From an uncultured Gammaproteobacteria bacterium (GTDB lineage: Bacteria; Patescibacteriota; Microgenomatia; Levybacterales; GWA1-39-11): a stretch of DNA of 64,000 nt. A program made the position numbers and the translations under genes. Of the stretch, positions 1-7,732 are shown piece by piece. Positions within the stretch are counted from its first letter, which is position 1. Each line of letters opens with the position of its first letter. The notes below the pieces were generated by a model. The model was not told the DNA's origin. It did no database searches and saw nothing but the letters and a program-made list of their open reading frames with translations. The stretch is taken from contig CAZYWG010000009.1 of the NCBI GenBank assembly GCA_964651815.1, positions 601 through 64,600 of the forward strand, given 5' to 3'.

Positions 1-1
1 T

Positions 2-322
2 CAGCGAAATAATTTTATTGTCAATTGGCACAGGTAGTGCTGTGTCACGGTTGAAAGCCCTTTGTTCTCTTGCACCACCAATATCTGACTTGTTTTCATA
101 GATCAGTGACTTTTCTACATTTGGTTTTTCTGGATACAGCTTGAAATGGTCGGCAAATGGCAAAAAATCTTTACCATATGACGCAATTGTTGTGAGTTCT
201 GTATCTGGCAACTGGGAAAATATATTATTCATAAATACTGCGGGGCTTCCGGCAGAAGTATATTTTGCCTGCTCAGAAATGTTGTGGTCAATGCATAAAT
301 GCCCGAAATCAAGAATTTTCAT
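2..322 (-). CDS. Hypothetical protein; the 3' end runs off the window start
   Basis: ATG at 322-320 opens a minus-strand frame that stays open through position 2 (107 codons, MKILDFGHLCIDHNISEQAKYTSAGSP...). It is absent from the ORF track because no stop lies inside the window. It has the same orientation as the downstream GT2 gene. The overlapping plus-strand ORF 141..329 is judged spurious. Confidence 0.4.
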   Translation of the reverse strand, partial: MKILDFGHLCIDHNISEQAKYTSAGSPAVFMNNIFSQLPDTELTTIASYGKDFLPFADHFKLYPEKPNVEKSLIYENKSDIGGAREQRAFNRDTALPVPIDNKIISL

Positions 323-379
323 AATTTAATGCTTAAAATAAAGTGTAGCAAAAGGATTTTAAAATGCAAGAAGACAACT

Positions 380-1087
380 TTATCTTATATCGGGTAGCGA
401 AATATCTTTTTTAAACAAAACATATGATATATAAGTGGAGACATAAGGCAAAGTTCCTTTTAAAAATCCGCCTTTAAACCGTCTTCCGGAAAAAAGAACC
501 GTTGCTGAAGGAATATATTTAATTTTTCCAAGTTTTGCCACTTTAAATGATATATCAATGTCTTCTTGGGCATTTAAATTCCGGTCAAAACCTCCCGATT
601 TTTTATAAATTTTCTTGTAAACCCCAAAATTATAACCACTCAACCAATAATGTCCCAAAAAAAGTTTGTAAAAACTCATAAAACGCGGTTGGACAAAATT
701 AAAAATAGTGTTGGTCACAAAGTCACAATCATTTATTCGGCAACTGCCAGTAACTGCTACAGCACTACTTTTTTTGAGGTTTGAAACTAAATTTTCAATC
801 CAATTGTTAGATACCACAGCGTCAGAATCTGTGGACAAAATTATTTCGCCAGTAGCCGCTTTAAATCCGCAGAAACGCGCTGCCCCTCTACCTTTCTTTT
901 TTTCAGAAATCAATCTTAAGTCTAGTTTGTTTTTGTAGGCATTAACTATGTCAACTGTCTTGTCTGTTGAGTTGTTATCAACAACAATTACTTCAAATTT
1001 TTCTTTTGTTGTTTGGTGGAGAAACGCGTCAAGCGTATTTGATATGGATTTTTCTTCATTGTAAGCGGGTATAACTACTGAAACCAT
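380..1087 (-). CDS. Glycosyltransferase family 2 (GT-A fold)
   Basis: The N-terminus VSVVIPAYNEEKSI...LHQT, the VIVVDNNSTD motif and the STDSD (DxD) motif are typical of GT2. Confidence 0.8.
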   Translation of the reverse strand: MVSVVIPAYNEEKSISNTLDAFLHQTTKEKFEVIVVDNNSTDKTVDIVNAYKNKLDLRLISEKKKGRGAARFCGFKAATGEIILSTDSDAVVSNNWIENLVSNLKKSSAVAVTGSCRINDCDFVTNTIFNFVQPRFMSFYKLFLGHYWLSGYNFGVYKKIYKKSGGFDRNLNAQEDIDISFKVAKLGKIKYIPSATVLFSGRRFKGGFLKGTLPYVSTYISYVLFKKDISLPDIR

Positions 1088-1121
1088 AGGACAATTATAC
1101 CAAAGTGCTATAATTCATTAG

Positions 1122-2633
1122 GTGCCAAAAAATCTTAAACTTGGTTTTATTCTAGCAATTCTTTTCTCCTTTCTCCTTTCTTGTTGGTGGGTGTTACACG
1201 GCGACTTAACATTTTCCTCAGATATTGCACGTGACTTTTTACTTTTTTCAGAAATTGACCAGAAGCATATTGTGCTTATTGGACCAAAATCAAGCGTAGC
1301 CGGTCTTTTTCACGGCCCTTTATGGTTATATGTTAACTACCCTGCTTATTTAATAGGCCATGGAAATCCAGTGGTTGTAGCTTCTTTTTGGATTGTTTTG
1401 ATCATCTTATTCACGGGAGCCTGCTTTTATATAGGAAAAAAACTTTTTGGAGAGTTTACCGGATATTTATTTGCTTCAATGGTTGCGCTTTACATGTTTT
1501 TCCATTCTGGTGAATTTTTTAATCCATTAGGCGCCATGTTTTTAATTCCCGTTAACTTTTATCTACTCGTTAAATATCTTGAGAAATATAATATCAAATA
1601 TTTAATATGCTATATATTGCTCCTAGGATGTATCGTTCAGTTTGAATTGGCAATTGGAATTCCCTTGTTTATTCTTTCGGTTATTCTCTTGTTTATATTA
1701 ACGATCCGTGCAAAAAAACCTCTTCACCTATTAACTTTTTCTTTAATTCTCATTCCGCTAGCAAATTTCCTTGCGTTTGATATAAGGCATCAATTTATTC
1801 TTACCCACGGAGTTTTAAGATATATTTCGCCCGCAAGCGGCGATTCTGTGAAGTATAATCCATTCTTTATGATTTTTGACCGATTTAAGCTTTTAACAAT
1901 TAACGTTGAGATCCTAAGATTCGATCCTTATTACAGAAATGCGCTAACTGGCGCGATTTTTATATTCCTTTTGATATCGCAAATCAAGAATAATAAATTT
2001 AGGAAAACTTATTTGTTGTTTTTATACTTTTATGTGGGCTATTTTGTGACAACCTTTATAAATCGTGGCCCAATACTCTATTTTTACTTTTTCCCTTTCT
2101 TCCCATTTGTTTATTTAATTTTCTCATCATTCATAACATCAAAATACAAATATATTTTTCTTTTTATATTTGCTGTAATTTATTTTATGAACCTGCAATC
2201 GGCATTTAATGATATCTATGACTCAAGAACAAAGATTGGTATTGAGCAAACATCTTGGAAATTTTTGGATACAATGGCTAGCCGCGTCTATGAAGGTAGC
2301 GAAAAAGAATTTGGATATTTTGTCTATACACCTGACACAATTGCTTATGGCCCCAAATATGCCCTGCGTTATGAAGAGACGAAACATCCTGAAAAAAATG
2401 GTGCATACTTCACAAAAAAAAGAATAACTTATATTATTGTGGCTCCCCCGGCACCAAATAACCCCTACCTTTCATACACATGGTGGAGAAATGTTAGGGT
2501 TAAGATTGATAAAAATCCAACATCTGTTGTTATATTTCCAAATGGCTACAAAATAGAGAAATACGTCCTAACTGACACAGAAACTAAGATCCCTTATGAC
2601 CACGGAATAGACCCCGGACTTAATTTCAGATAA
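1122..2633 (+). CDS. Polytopic membrane protein, putative GT-C fold glycosyltransferase (PMT/ArnT-like)
   Basis: More than 10 predicted TM helices. The first loop carries SSDIARDFLLFSEID...GLFHGPLWLY, resembling the acidic and PPL-like motifs of GT39/GT83 enzymes. A soluble C-terminal domain follows. Confidence 0.45.
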   Translation: MPKNLKLGFILAILFSFLLSCWWVLHGDLTFSSDIARDFLLFSEIDQKHIVLIGPKSSVAGLFHGPLWLYVNYPAYLIGHGNPVVVASFWIVLIILFTGACFYIGKKLFGEFTGYLFASMVALYMFFHSGEFFNPLGAMFLIPVNFYLLVKYLEKYNIKYLICYILLLGCIVQFELAIGIPLFILSVILLFILTIRAKKPLHLLTFSLILIPLANFLAFDIRHQFILTHGVLRYISPASGDSVKYNPFFMIFDRFKLLTINVEILRFDPYYRNALTGAIFIFLLISQIKNNKFRKTYLLFLYFYVGYFVTTFINRGPILYFYFFPFFPFVYLIFSSFITSKYKYIFLFIFAVIYFMNLQSAFNDIYDSRTKIGIEQTSWKFLDTMASRVYEGSEKEFGYFVYTPDTIAYGPKYALRYEETKHPEKNGAYFTKKRITYIIVAPPAPNNPYLSYTWWRNVRVKIDKNPTSVVIFPNGYKIEKYVLTDTETKIPYDHGIDPGLNFR

Positions 2634-2823
2634 GCTTTTCTTTTACTTTTCTTACAGCTTTTTTATTGCTTTGTAATTGCGGTAGCATATCATCTTTATC
2701 AATCCATAAACTCTTTGACATTAATTAATATTTTGGGTTGCTTCGGTCATTTTGTGTCCGAAGTCAAGAAACTCTAAACTCATTAATATCGTTAAGAGTT
2801 TCTAAGAAAAGGGGGTGAAAAAA

Positions 2824-2967
2824 ATGGCTGATGATCAAAATCTAAAGCAAGATCAAGAAGAAAAACAAAAAGATGAAGAAGGTACCAAGGGTGGACAGGC
2901 AACAAGTCAAACGTCTGACAGTGACTTTGATTCAGATATGGGACTTGAAGAAGATTACGAAGACTAA
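2824..2967 (+). CDS. Small highly acidic protein (47 aa), hypothetical
   Basis: ATG at 2824 lies 6 nt after a strong SD (AAGGGGGTG). The product is MADDQNLKQDQEEKQKDEEGTKGGQATSQTSDSDFDSDMGLEEDYED* and is absent from the ORF track because it is under 60 aa. Confidence 0.45.
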   Translation: MADDQNLKQDQEEKQKDEEGTKGGQATSQTSDSDFDSDMGLEEDYED

Positions 2968-3002
2968 CTTAGGGAAAATGTAGTGAAGAACAGATGGAAA
3001 TA

Positions 3003-3497
3003 TTAATCCGTCTGTTTTTCGTACGGGAAAGCCTGTTGGTCAACCAGTGTTCTGAAAAACTTGACACTTTTCTCAAATGCCGGCGTGAAAGCTTTATGGT
3101 TATTTCGTCCAACGTGAAGTGTAATATGGAATGTTCCAATTGGGTCTCTCTTCCAATTCCAATCTGTTACCCCAGATACAGATACTTTTGATTCACCATT
3201 TGCAATCATTGCCTGACAAATGTATTCAAGCATTATGTGTTCAAACAGATGCGCCATTTCTGTTTTTTTAACTTCCACTGAAAAAGGGTAATTTTGTTCG
3301 TTAAAACAGCGGCTTTTAAACACAGTAGGGAGCATTTCGTTAAGCATTTTGTAAGTATGTGGAAGCTGGCTAGTATTTGTAACATCAGGCGCACATTGCA
3401 TTGTGATTTTGGTTTTGTAAATCCCCTTATATATCTTGAATATGAATTTTTTTTGTATAGAAAAAGTTGTAGGCTTGAAAGAGAATAAATCCGGCAT
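3003..3497 (-). CDS. Hypothetical protein (contains an HLFEH motif)
   Basis: ORF of 164 aa with a low-complexity Lys-rich N-terminus, so the true start may be an internal Met. AHLFEHIMLEY resembles the inverted zinc motif HxxEH, but the fold is unassigned. Confidence 0.45.
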   Translation of the reverse strand: MPDLFSFKPTTFSIQKKFIFKIYKGIYKTKITMQCAPDVTNTSQLPHTYKMLNEMLPTVFKSRCFNEQNYPFSVEVKKTEMAHLFEHIMLEYICQAMIANGESKVSVSGVTDWNWKRDPIGTFHITLHVGRNNHKAFTPAFEKSVKFFRTLVDQQAFPYEKQTD

Positions 3498-3537
3498 ATT
3501 TGACTATTTGGGGTTTAACACCCTTACGTAAATCTTA

Positions 3538-3567
3538 CGTATTTTTAATACTACGCCGATTTTTGCT
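3538..3567 (-). promoter_or_regulatory. Candidate sigma70-type promoter for the 3003..3497 gene
   Basis: On the minus strand, TTGACA (3562-3567), an 18-nt spacer and TAGTAT (3538-3543). A TACGTA-containing direct repeat/palindrome (cttacgtaaatcttacgta, 3513-3531) lies immediately downstream. Confidence 0.3.
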
Positions 3568-3578
3568 TCCCTGTCAAG

Positions 3579-3610
3579 CAATTGCATCAAAAAAGCAGGC
3601 GTCGTCATAG
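3579..3610 (-). terminator. Rho-independent terminator after the KGG-like gene
   Basis: AAAAAGCAGGC-gtcgtcata-GCCTGCTTTTT forms a perfect 6-bp GC stem flanked by an A5/T5 tract, directly downstream of the stop at 3632 on the minus strand. Confidence 0.55.
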
Positions 3611-3631
3611 CCTGCTTTTTAGTCCAACGTA

Positions 3632-3781
3632 TTACATGGAGATTTGAGTTACGTCCGGATTTTCAGAAGTATTATCCTTTCTTCTTTTTCTACTCGCAAG
3701 GCCACCCTTTCTTCCTGCGGCCGCATGTCCTTGGGAATCACCATGCCACCCTCTGCCTTTCTTTTGTCTTTGTGTTGCCAT
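3632..3781 (-). CDS. Small basic KGG-repeat stress-protein-like peptide (49 aa)
   Basis: Minus-strand ATG at 3781 gives MATQRQKKGRGWHGDSQGHAAAGRKGGLASRKRRKDNTSENPDVTQISM*. AGRKGG matches the KGG motif of YciG/GsiB-type proteins. It is absent from the ORF track (under 60 aa), and the plus-strand ORF 3644..3835 is judged spurious. Confidence 0.5.
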   Translation of the reverse strand: MATQRQKKGRGWHGDSQGHAAAGRKGGLASRKRRKDNTSENPDVTQISM

Positions 3782-3920
3782 AATTTTCACCTCGCTTTCC
3801 TTACTTCAATCATTTTAGTGTTTGAAGAACATTGATAATTATTTATCAACCAGTATGAATTTTATTAGCTACACTTTACAAAGCAATTAGAGAATAGTAA
3901 GAAAGCTGAAAGAAGAGGAC

Positions 3921-4217
3921 TTATTTTGATTTTCTGGTTTTATTTTTCGAGGATTTTTTTGCTTTTTTACCCTTTTTCTCTTCCACCAATTCAATTTTAA
4001 CAAGAGTTGGAGACATAACCGGGAAGATTCTATCAACCCCAACGCCTTCCAATTGCTGTCTCACAGTGATCATTTGGTTTGATCCAGCACCTTTAACGCT
4101 TAGAATCACTCCAACAAATGGTACGTTGCGCTCACGTTTACCTTCAATTACTTTTTGAATCACGCGTACGTTTTGCCCTTCTTTAAGTTGAAGTTCTGTA
4201 TTTAAATCCATAGACAA
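3921..4217 (-). CDS. rplS: 50S ribosomal protein L19 with a Lys-rich C-terminal tail
   Basis: GQNVRVIQKVIEGKRERNVPFVGVILSVKGAGSNQMITVRQQLEGVGVDRIFPVMSP matches the conserved L19 core. Confidence 0.8.
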   Translation of the reverse strand: MSMDLNTELQLKEGQNVRVIQKVIEGKRERNVPFVGVILSVKGAGSNQMITVRQQLEGVGVDRIFPVMSPTLVKIELVEEKKGKKAKKSSKNKTRKSK

Positions 4218-4311
4218 GTATTATACAGGATTTGAAGCAATTTTTAAAGAGGACTAGTTGTATCAGAGGTGTTTGAACGAAAATCGAAAAACTTATGTAA
4301 ATGTTTAATTC

Positions 4312-5985
4312 CTATTTTGTGCACGATTTGAGAAATTCCACAAAAAACGGGTGAGGCTTTAAGGGTCTACTTTTATATTCAGGGTGTCCTTGCGTACCCA
4401 TATAGAAGGGGTGCACATCTTTTGGAAGTTCAATTATTTCAACCAGATCTTCTTTAACAGAACGCGCGCTTATAACTAAACCCTTTGATTCAAAGTTGTT
4501 TGTAAAATCATTATTAAACTCATATCTGTGGCGGTGCCGCTCTGATGTCAAACCCGTCTTTTCATCGATTTGGTGGAATTCACGGTAAAAATCAAATGCG
4601 CGAGTCCCTTTTTTAACTATCGCTTCCCAGCCCCCAAGCCTCATGGTTCCTCCATATGCCCTGTTTTTCATATGTTCTTTTTGAGTTTCTATTATATGAA
4701 TTACAGGATGAGTTGTTTTGGGATCATTTTCAGTGGTATTAGCATCACTAAATCCAAGTATATCGCGAGCAAAGGAAATAACGGCAAGCTGCATGCCATA
4801 ACATAACCCAAGATATGGGATTTTATTTTCTCTAGCATATGAGGCTGAAGCTATCATTCCTTCTGCACCTCTTTCACCCCAACCAATTGGGACAATTAAC
4901 CCATCGGGCTTCCCAATTATCTTCTCAGCTCCCTCTTTTTCAACTTTCTCAGCATCAATCCAGTGGGTTTTTACTTCAACTCCATTAAACCAAGAAGCAT
5001 GCTCTATTGCATCAAAAAGCGCCGCATACGAATCTCGGATCTGATACTCCCCTGTACCAAAATATTTCCCAACAATCGCAAGGTTTATAATCTTTTTCTT
5101 GGGTGCTTTAATTTTTTCAACTAGCGCTTCCCAATCTGTGAGCTTTGGAGAAATAACTTTAAGACCGAGAGTTGTCAAAATTTTGCTGTCGAGCGACTGT
5201 TTATGCAAAATTAGGGGCACTTCATAGACTGTTTCAACGTCAGGATTTGAAATAATGTGGTCTCCCTCCATGTTGCAAAAAAGCGCAAAACGGTCGCGTC
5301 TTCTCTGGTCAAGATATTTTTCAGACCTTGCAACTATAAAATCAGGCTGAATACCCATTGAATTAAGAGTACGGACAGAAAGCTGGGTAGGCTTAGTTTT
5401 TGGCTCACCTAAATGTGAAGGCGTGGGGACATAGCTTACATGAACATGAATTACATCGCCGGGATTTTTTAGAGTCATAATCCTGCTCGCTTCATAGTAA
5501 AAAACATTTTGATATTCGCCGGCTGTCCCACCTAGCTCAATCATTACAATATCAGCATCTTTTTTCTTACCTAGCGAAACAATACGTGAAATAATTTCGT
5601 CAGTTATATGCGGAATTGCCTCAACGTCTTCACCGTTGTATTCAAAACGCCTTTCACGGTCAATTACGGTCTGATAAATCCTCCCCATTGTGACAAAATT
5701 ATCAATTCCCATATCTTCATCCAAAAACTTTTCATATGACCCTATATCCATGTCTCCTTCTGTCCCGTCTTCACACAAAAAAGGGTCCCCGTGCTCTATT
5801 GGATTAATTGTGCCTGCGTCTAGATTTAGATAGTTCTCAAATTTGATCGGAGCAACTTTGTAGCCTGCGGATTTGAGTAAAAGCGCGATTGAAGCAGAAG
5901 TTATACCTTTACCGATACCTGAAATGACCCCACCGGAGACAAAAATGTATTTAGTATGTTTTGTAGCAGAATTCTTGAGCGGCAC
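4312..5985 (-). CDS. pyrG: CTP synthase
   Basis: YIFVSGGVISGIGKG P-loop-like N-terminus, the GATase LCYGMQ motif and GTQGHPEYKSRP at the C-terminus. The start codon at 5985 is GTG. Confidence 0.95.
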   Translation of the reverse strand: MPLKNSATKHTKYIFVSGGVISGIGKGITSASIALLLKSAGYKVAPIKFENYLNLDAGTINPIEHGDPFLCEDGTEGDMDIGSYEKFLDEDMGIDNFVTMGRIYQTVIDRERRFEYNGEDVEAIPHITDEIISRIVSLGKKKDADIVMIELGGTAGEYQNVFYYEASRIMTLKNPGDVIHVHVSYVPTPSHLGEPKTKPTQLSVRTLNSMGIQPDFIVARSEKYLDQRRRDRFALFCNMEGDHIISNPDVETVYEVPLILHKQSLDSKILTTLGLKVISPKLTDWEALVEKIKAPKKKIINLAIVGKYFGTGEYQIRDSYAALFDAIEHASWFNGVEVKTHWIDAEKVEKEGAEKIIGKPDGLIVPIGWGERGAEGMIASASYARENKIPYLGLCYGMQLAVISFARDILGFSDANTTENDPKTTHPVIHIIETQKEHMKNRAYGGTMRLGGWEAIVKKGTRAFDFYREFHQIDEKTGLTSERHRHRYEFNNDFTNNFESKGLVISARSVKEDLVEIIELPKDVHPFYMGTQGHPEYKSRPLKPHPFFVEFLKSCTK

Positions 5986-5990
5986 GATTT

Positions 5991-5999
5991 ATACTATCA
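5991..5999 (-). promoter_or_regulatory. Extended -10 element (TGATAGTAT) 5 nt upstream of the pyrG GTG start
   Basis: Plus-strand atactatca reverse-complements to TGATAGTAT. The spacing implies a leaderless or near-leaderless transcript. Confidence 0.3.
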
Positions 6000-6090
6000 A
6001 AAAGCTCTTAAAGAGTCAATAATTAATCCTATACCTTTGCAATCTGATACCTTGCAAATTATTCTTTACACGGGGAAGAATAATGCATGT

Positions 6091-6139
6091 GAGAGTTTCT
6101 TTTTTGTGTTAATCTTTTAAACTCTCATTTCTTTCTTTG
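6091..6139 (+). terminator. Orphan terminator-like hairpin followed by a T-tract
   Basis: GAGAGTTT (6091-6098) and AAACTCTC (6119-6126) form an 8-bp stem with ATTTCTTTCTTT after it. No plus-strand gene lies upstream. A 9-codon ORF (ATG 6083..TAA 6112, MHVRVSFLC) with the SD GGGGAAG overlaps the stem. Confidence 0.3.
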
Positions 6140-6546
6140 CATAATTTTTACTTTGTTTAAAGTATGATTTGTCGTTTTTATACCCTTTGTTTTTACACAG
6201 TATAAAGACGAAGTTTTTTAAAATATATCTTTAAAATTTGACAATTTCTAAACCTATACGTATGTACAGCGCAAACCTCTTTTAAGTTAATGTGTAAGTT
6301 AAGATTTCACAACAATTTTCTACTTAACGATACATGGTTTTTAATTTGTCTTTCCAGACTTTTAAGAGTTATCTATTTTGTGTAAGTTACTATTCAGTTA
6401 TTGATTGTTAAGAATTGTATATATTTTATGTATTTATTGACGTTAATCTTCCTAGCTTATTCTATTTTGAATCCCTTTACTTATATTTATATAAGGATAT
6501 ATACGTAGTGATTTATATTATTTTAGCTTCATTTTCATCGATTTTT

Positions 6547-6575
6547 GGTAGACATAAGCGTCTACCGTTTTTGTG
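6547..6575 (+). terminator. Orphan terminator-like hairpin
   Basis: GGTAGAC-ataagc-GTCTACC is a perfect 7-bp stem followed by GTTTTTGTG. It sits inside a gene-free AT-rich region. Confidence 0.35.
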
Positions 6576-6660
6576 ACTTTCTATATCTATATTTATATAT
6601 TGAATTTAAGGATGACCATTTTTAACGATCAGCTTTAATTTTACTAAAAAAGCTGTATTA

Positions 6661-6850
6661 GGGGCCCATCCAACATACGTTGAATTACTATCCCACATAC
6701 AAACTGAGACTGAACGGTCGAGGGGCCGAATCCCGTGGTCCCTTGAAAATAACTTGAGCGGGGTACGAGAATTGGACTCGCTTCTCTTCCTTGGGAAGGA
6801 AGTATACTACCGGTGTACTAACCCCGCGAATTTAAATATTTTATATTTTT
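6661..6850. ncRNA. GC-rich structured element, candidate small ncRNA of undetermined class
   Basis: A sharp GC island lies in an otherwise AT-rich 880-bp non-coding gap. GGGGCC (6661-6666 and 6722-6727) can pair with GGUCCC (6737-6742). GCGGGGUAC (6758-6766) pairs with GUAC-uaa-CCCCGC (6815-6827), enclosing the hairpins CGAG-aauugga-CUCG and CUUCCUU-ggg-AAGGAAG. A U-rich tract follows at 6828-6850. Confidence 0.3.
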
Positions 6851-6866
6851 GGTAAATGAAACGCAA

Positions 6867-7472
6867 TTAGCGGGGAAGGATAAATTTGTTACCTGCATGA
6901 ATAAGGTCGGGGTTTGCTAAGTGGTTTGCCTGCGCGATCTCAACCCACTTGTATCCGTCTCCATATGCACGTACTGCTATGGTCCAAAGATTATCCCCAC
7001 GCACGACTGTATATGAATTCTCTACTATTTTCTCTTGAGGCGGGACATTTTGCATAAGGGTTTGAGGTTCCGGCGTTGGGCTTACAACCGGTCTTGGAGT
7101 GATTGTAAGTGGAACGTTTGGTACAACAATCTTGGTCCCTTGTTCAATTTCATCCGGATTCATAATATTATTTACAACGGCAAGCTTTGTCCATTGGTAA
7201 CCGTCATTATAAATTTTTTGCGAAATTGTCCAAAGACTATCCCCCTCTTGAACTACATAAGTTTTGTTTTCTGCTATTCTAAATGTTTGAACACCAGGTT
7301 CGCCAACCGTCCCTGTTTTACGCATTACGCTTACGCCTAAAAAAGCAACAATACAAAGAACAATTACTGTTATTGCGCCATACAAAAGACTTGCGTATGA
7401 ATAGCTGGATTTTTTTACTTGACTTCTAGAAGACTTACTTAAATTCTTTGATGATCTGCCGCGCTTTGCCAT
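6867..7472 (-). CDS. LysM-domain peptidoglycan-binding protein (N-terminal TM anchor, two LysM repeats, Pro/Thr-rich linker)
   Basis: Two repeats read YVVQEGDSLWTISQKIYNDGYQWTKLAVVNNIMNPDEIEQGTKIVVP and YTVVRGDNLWTIAVRAYGDGYKWVEIAQANHLANPDLIHAGNKFILP. A hydrophobic helix follows the Lys/Ser-rich N-terminus. Confidence 0.8.
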   Translation of the reverse strand: MAKRGRSSKNLSKSSRSQVKKSSYSYASLLYGAITVIVLCIVAFLGVSVMRKTGTVGEPGVQTFRIAENKTYVVQEGDSLWTISQKIYNDGYQWTKLAVVNNIMNPDEIEQGTKIVVPNVPLTITPRPVVSPTPEPQTLMQNVPPQEKIVENSYTVVRGDNLWTIAVRAYGDGYKWVEIAQANHLANPDLIHAGNKFILPR

Positions 7473-7501
7473 AAATAATATTCCTTGGGCAGAATCACTA
7501 A

Positions 7502-7552
7502 AATATAAACTTTGAGATGTGGTTTGTCAACCCCGATTAAATCGGGGTTGAC
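7502..7552 (-). promoter_or_regulatory. Promoter for the LysM gene, overlapped by a perfect 13-bp inverted repeat
   Basis: On the minus strand, TTGACA (7525-7530), a 17-nt spacer and TATATT (7502-7507), about 30 nt before the ATG at 7472. The inverted repeat GTCAACCCCGATT-a-AATCGGGGTTGAC (7526-7552) contains the -35 box. It also sits 30 nt past the tRNA-Asp 3' end and may act as the tRNA terminator. Confidence 0.45.
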
Positions 7553-7584
7553 ACCAATTTAAAGTGAGTCAATTTAAAAAATTG

Positions 7585-7658
7585 CGGGAGCGGCGGGACT
7601 CGGACCCGTGACCTCCTCCGTGACAGGGAGGCGCTCTAACCAACTGAGCTACGCCCCC
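7585..7658 (-). tRNA. tRNA-Asp (anticodon GTC)
   Basis: The reverse complement GGGGGCGTAGCTCAGTTGGTTAGAGCGCCTCCCTGTCACGGAGGAGGTCACGGGTCCGAGTCCCGCCGCTCCCG folds as a cloverleaf. The acceptor stem is 7 bp (one G-U pair), the D-arm is GCTC/GAGC, the anticodon stem is CCTCC/GGAGG and the loop is CTGTCAC. The T-loop reads TCCGAGT (C at position 55) and no CCA is encoded. Confidence 0.8.
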
Positions 7659-7732
7659 AAAATTAATTTGGGAGATCCTAATTTTAACAAATTGTTGAAG
7701 TTGAAGCAATCGTGAGATAAAATATCTTTGAG

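Noticed and set aside
141-329. Track ORF on the plus strand (62 aa).
   Set aside because: It is fully contained in a longer minus-strand frame (2..322). That frame opens at an ATG and shares strand and orientation with the downstream GT2 gene. The plus ORF has no SD and no recognisable motif.
708-938. Numerous short antisense or embedded track ORFs.
   Set aside because: Examples are 708..938, 2209..2427, 4570..4806, 7035..7340, 10598..10921, 18045..18248, 24169..24525, 28674..29022, 29149..29754 and 61692..62086. All lie inside longer ORFs with clear homology on the other strand or frame, and none has independent motifs or expression signals.
3003-3497. M16 (pitrilysin-family) peptidase assignment based on HLFEH.
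   Set aside because: The protein is 164 aa, whereas M16 domains exceed 400 aa, and the downstream E/N residues are not evident. The motif alone is insufficient.
3644-3835. Track ORF on the plus strand (63 aa) in the rplS-proximal spacer.
   Set aside because: The opposite strand encodes a 49-aa KGG-motif peptide with its own terminator hairpin, and the plus ORF product is low-complexity.
6661-6742. Possible tRNA-like or tmRNA 5' domain (GGGGCC...GGUCCC closing helix, 82 nt).
   Set aside because: No T-arm (GGTTCGA-type) or D-arm can be drawn. No GGNUUCGAC tmRNA motif, no tag-peptide frame ending in ..ALAA, and no CCA are present. It is kept only as a generic structured-RNA candidate.
5986-6866. 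Replication origin (oriC) in the AT-rich gap.
   Set aside because: No TTATCCACA-type DnaA boxes were found on either strand, and no dnaA or dnaN lies nearby.
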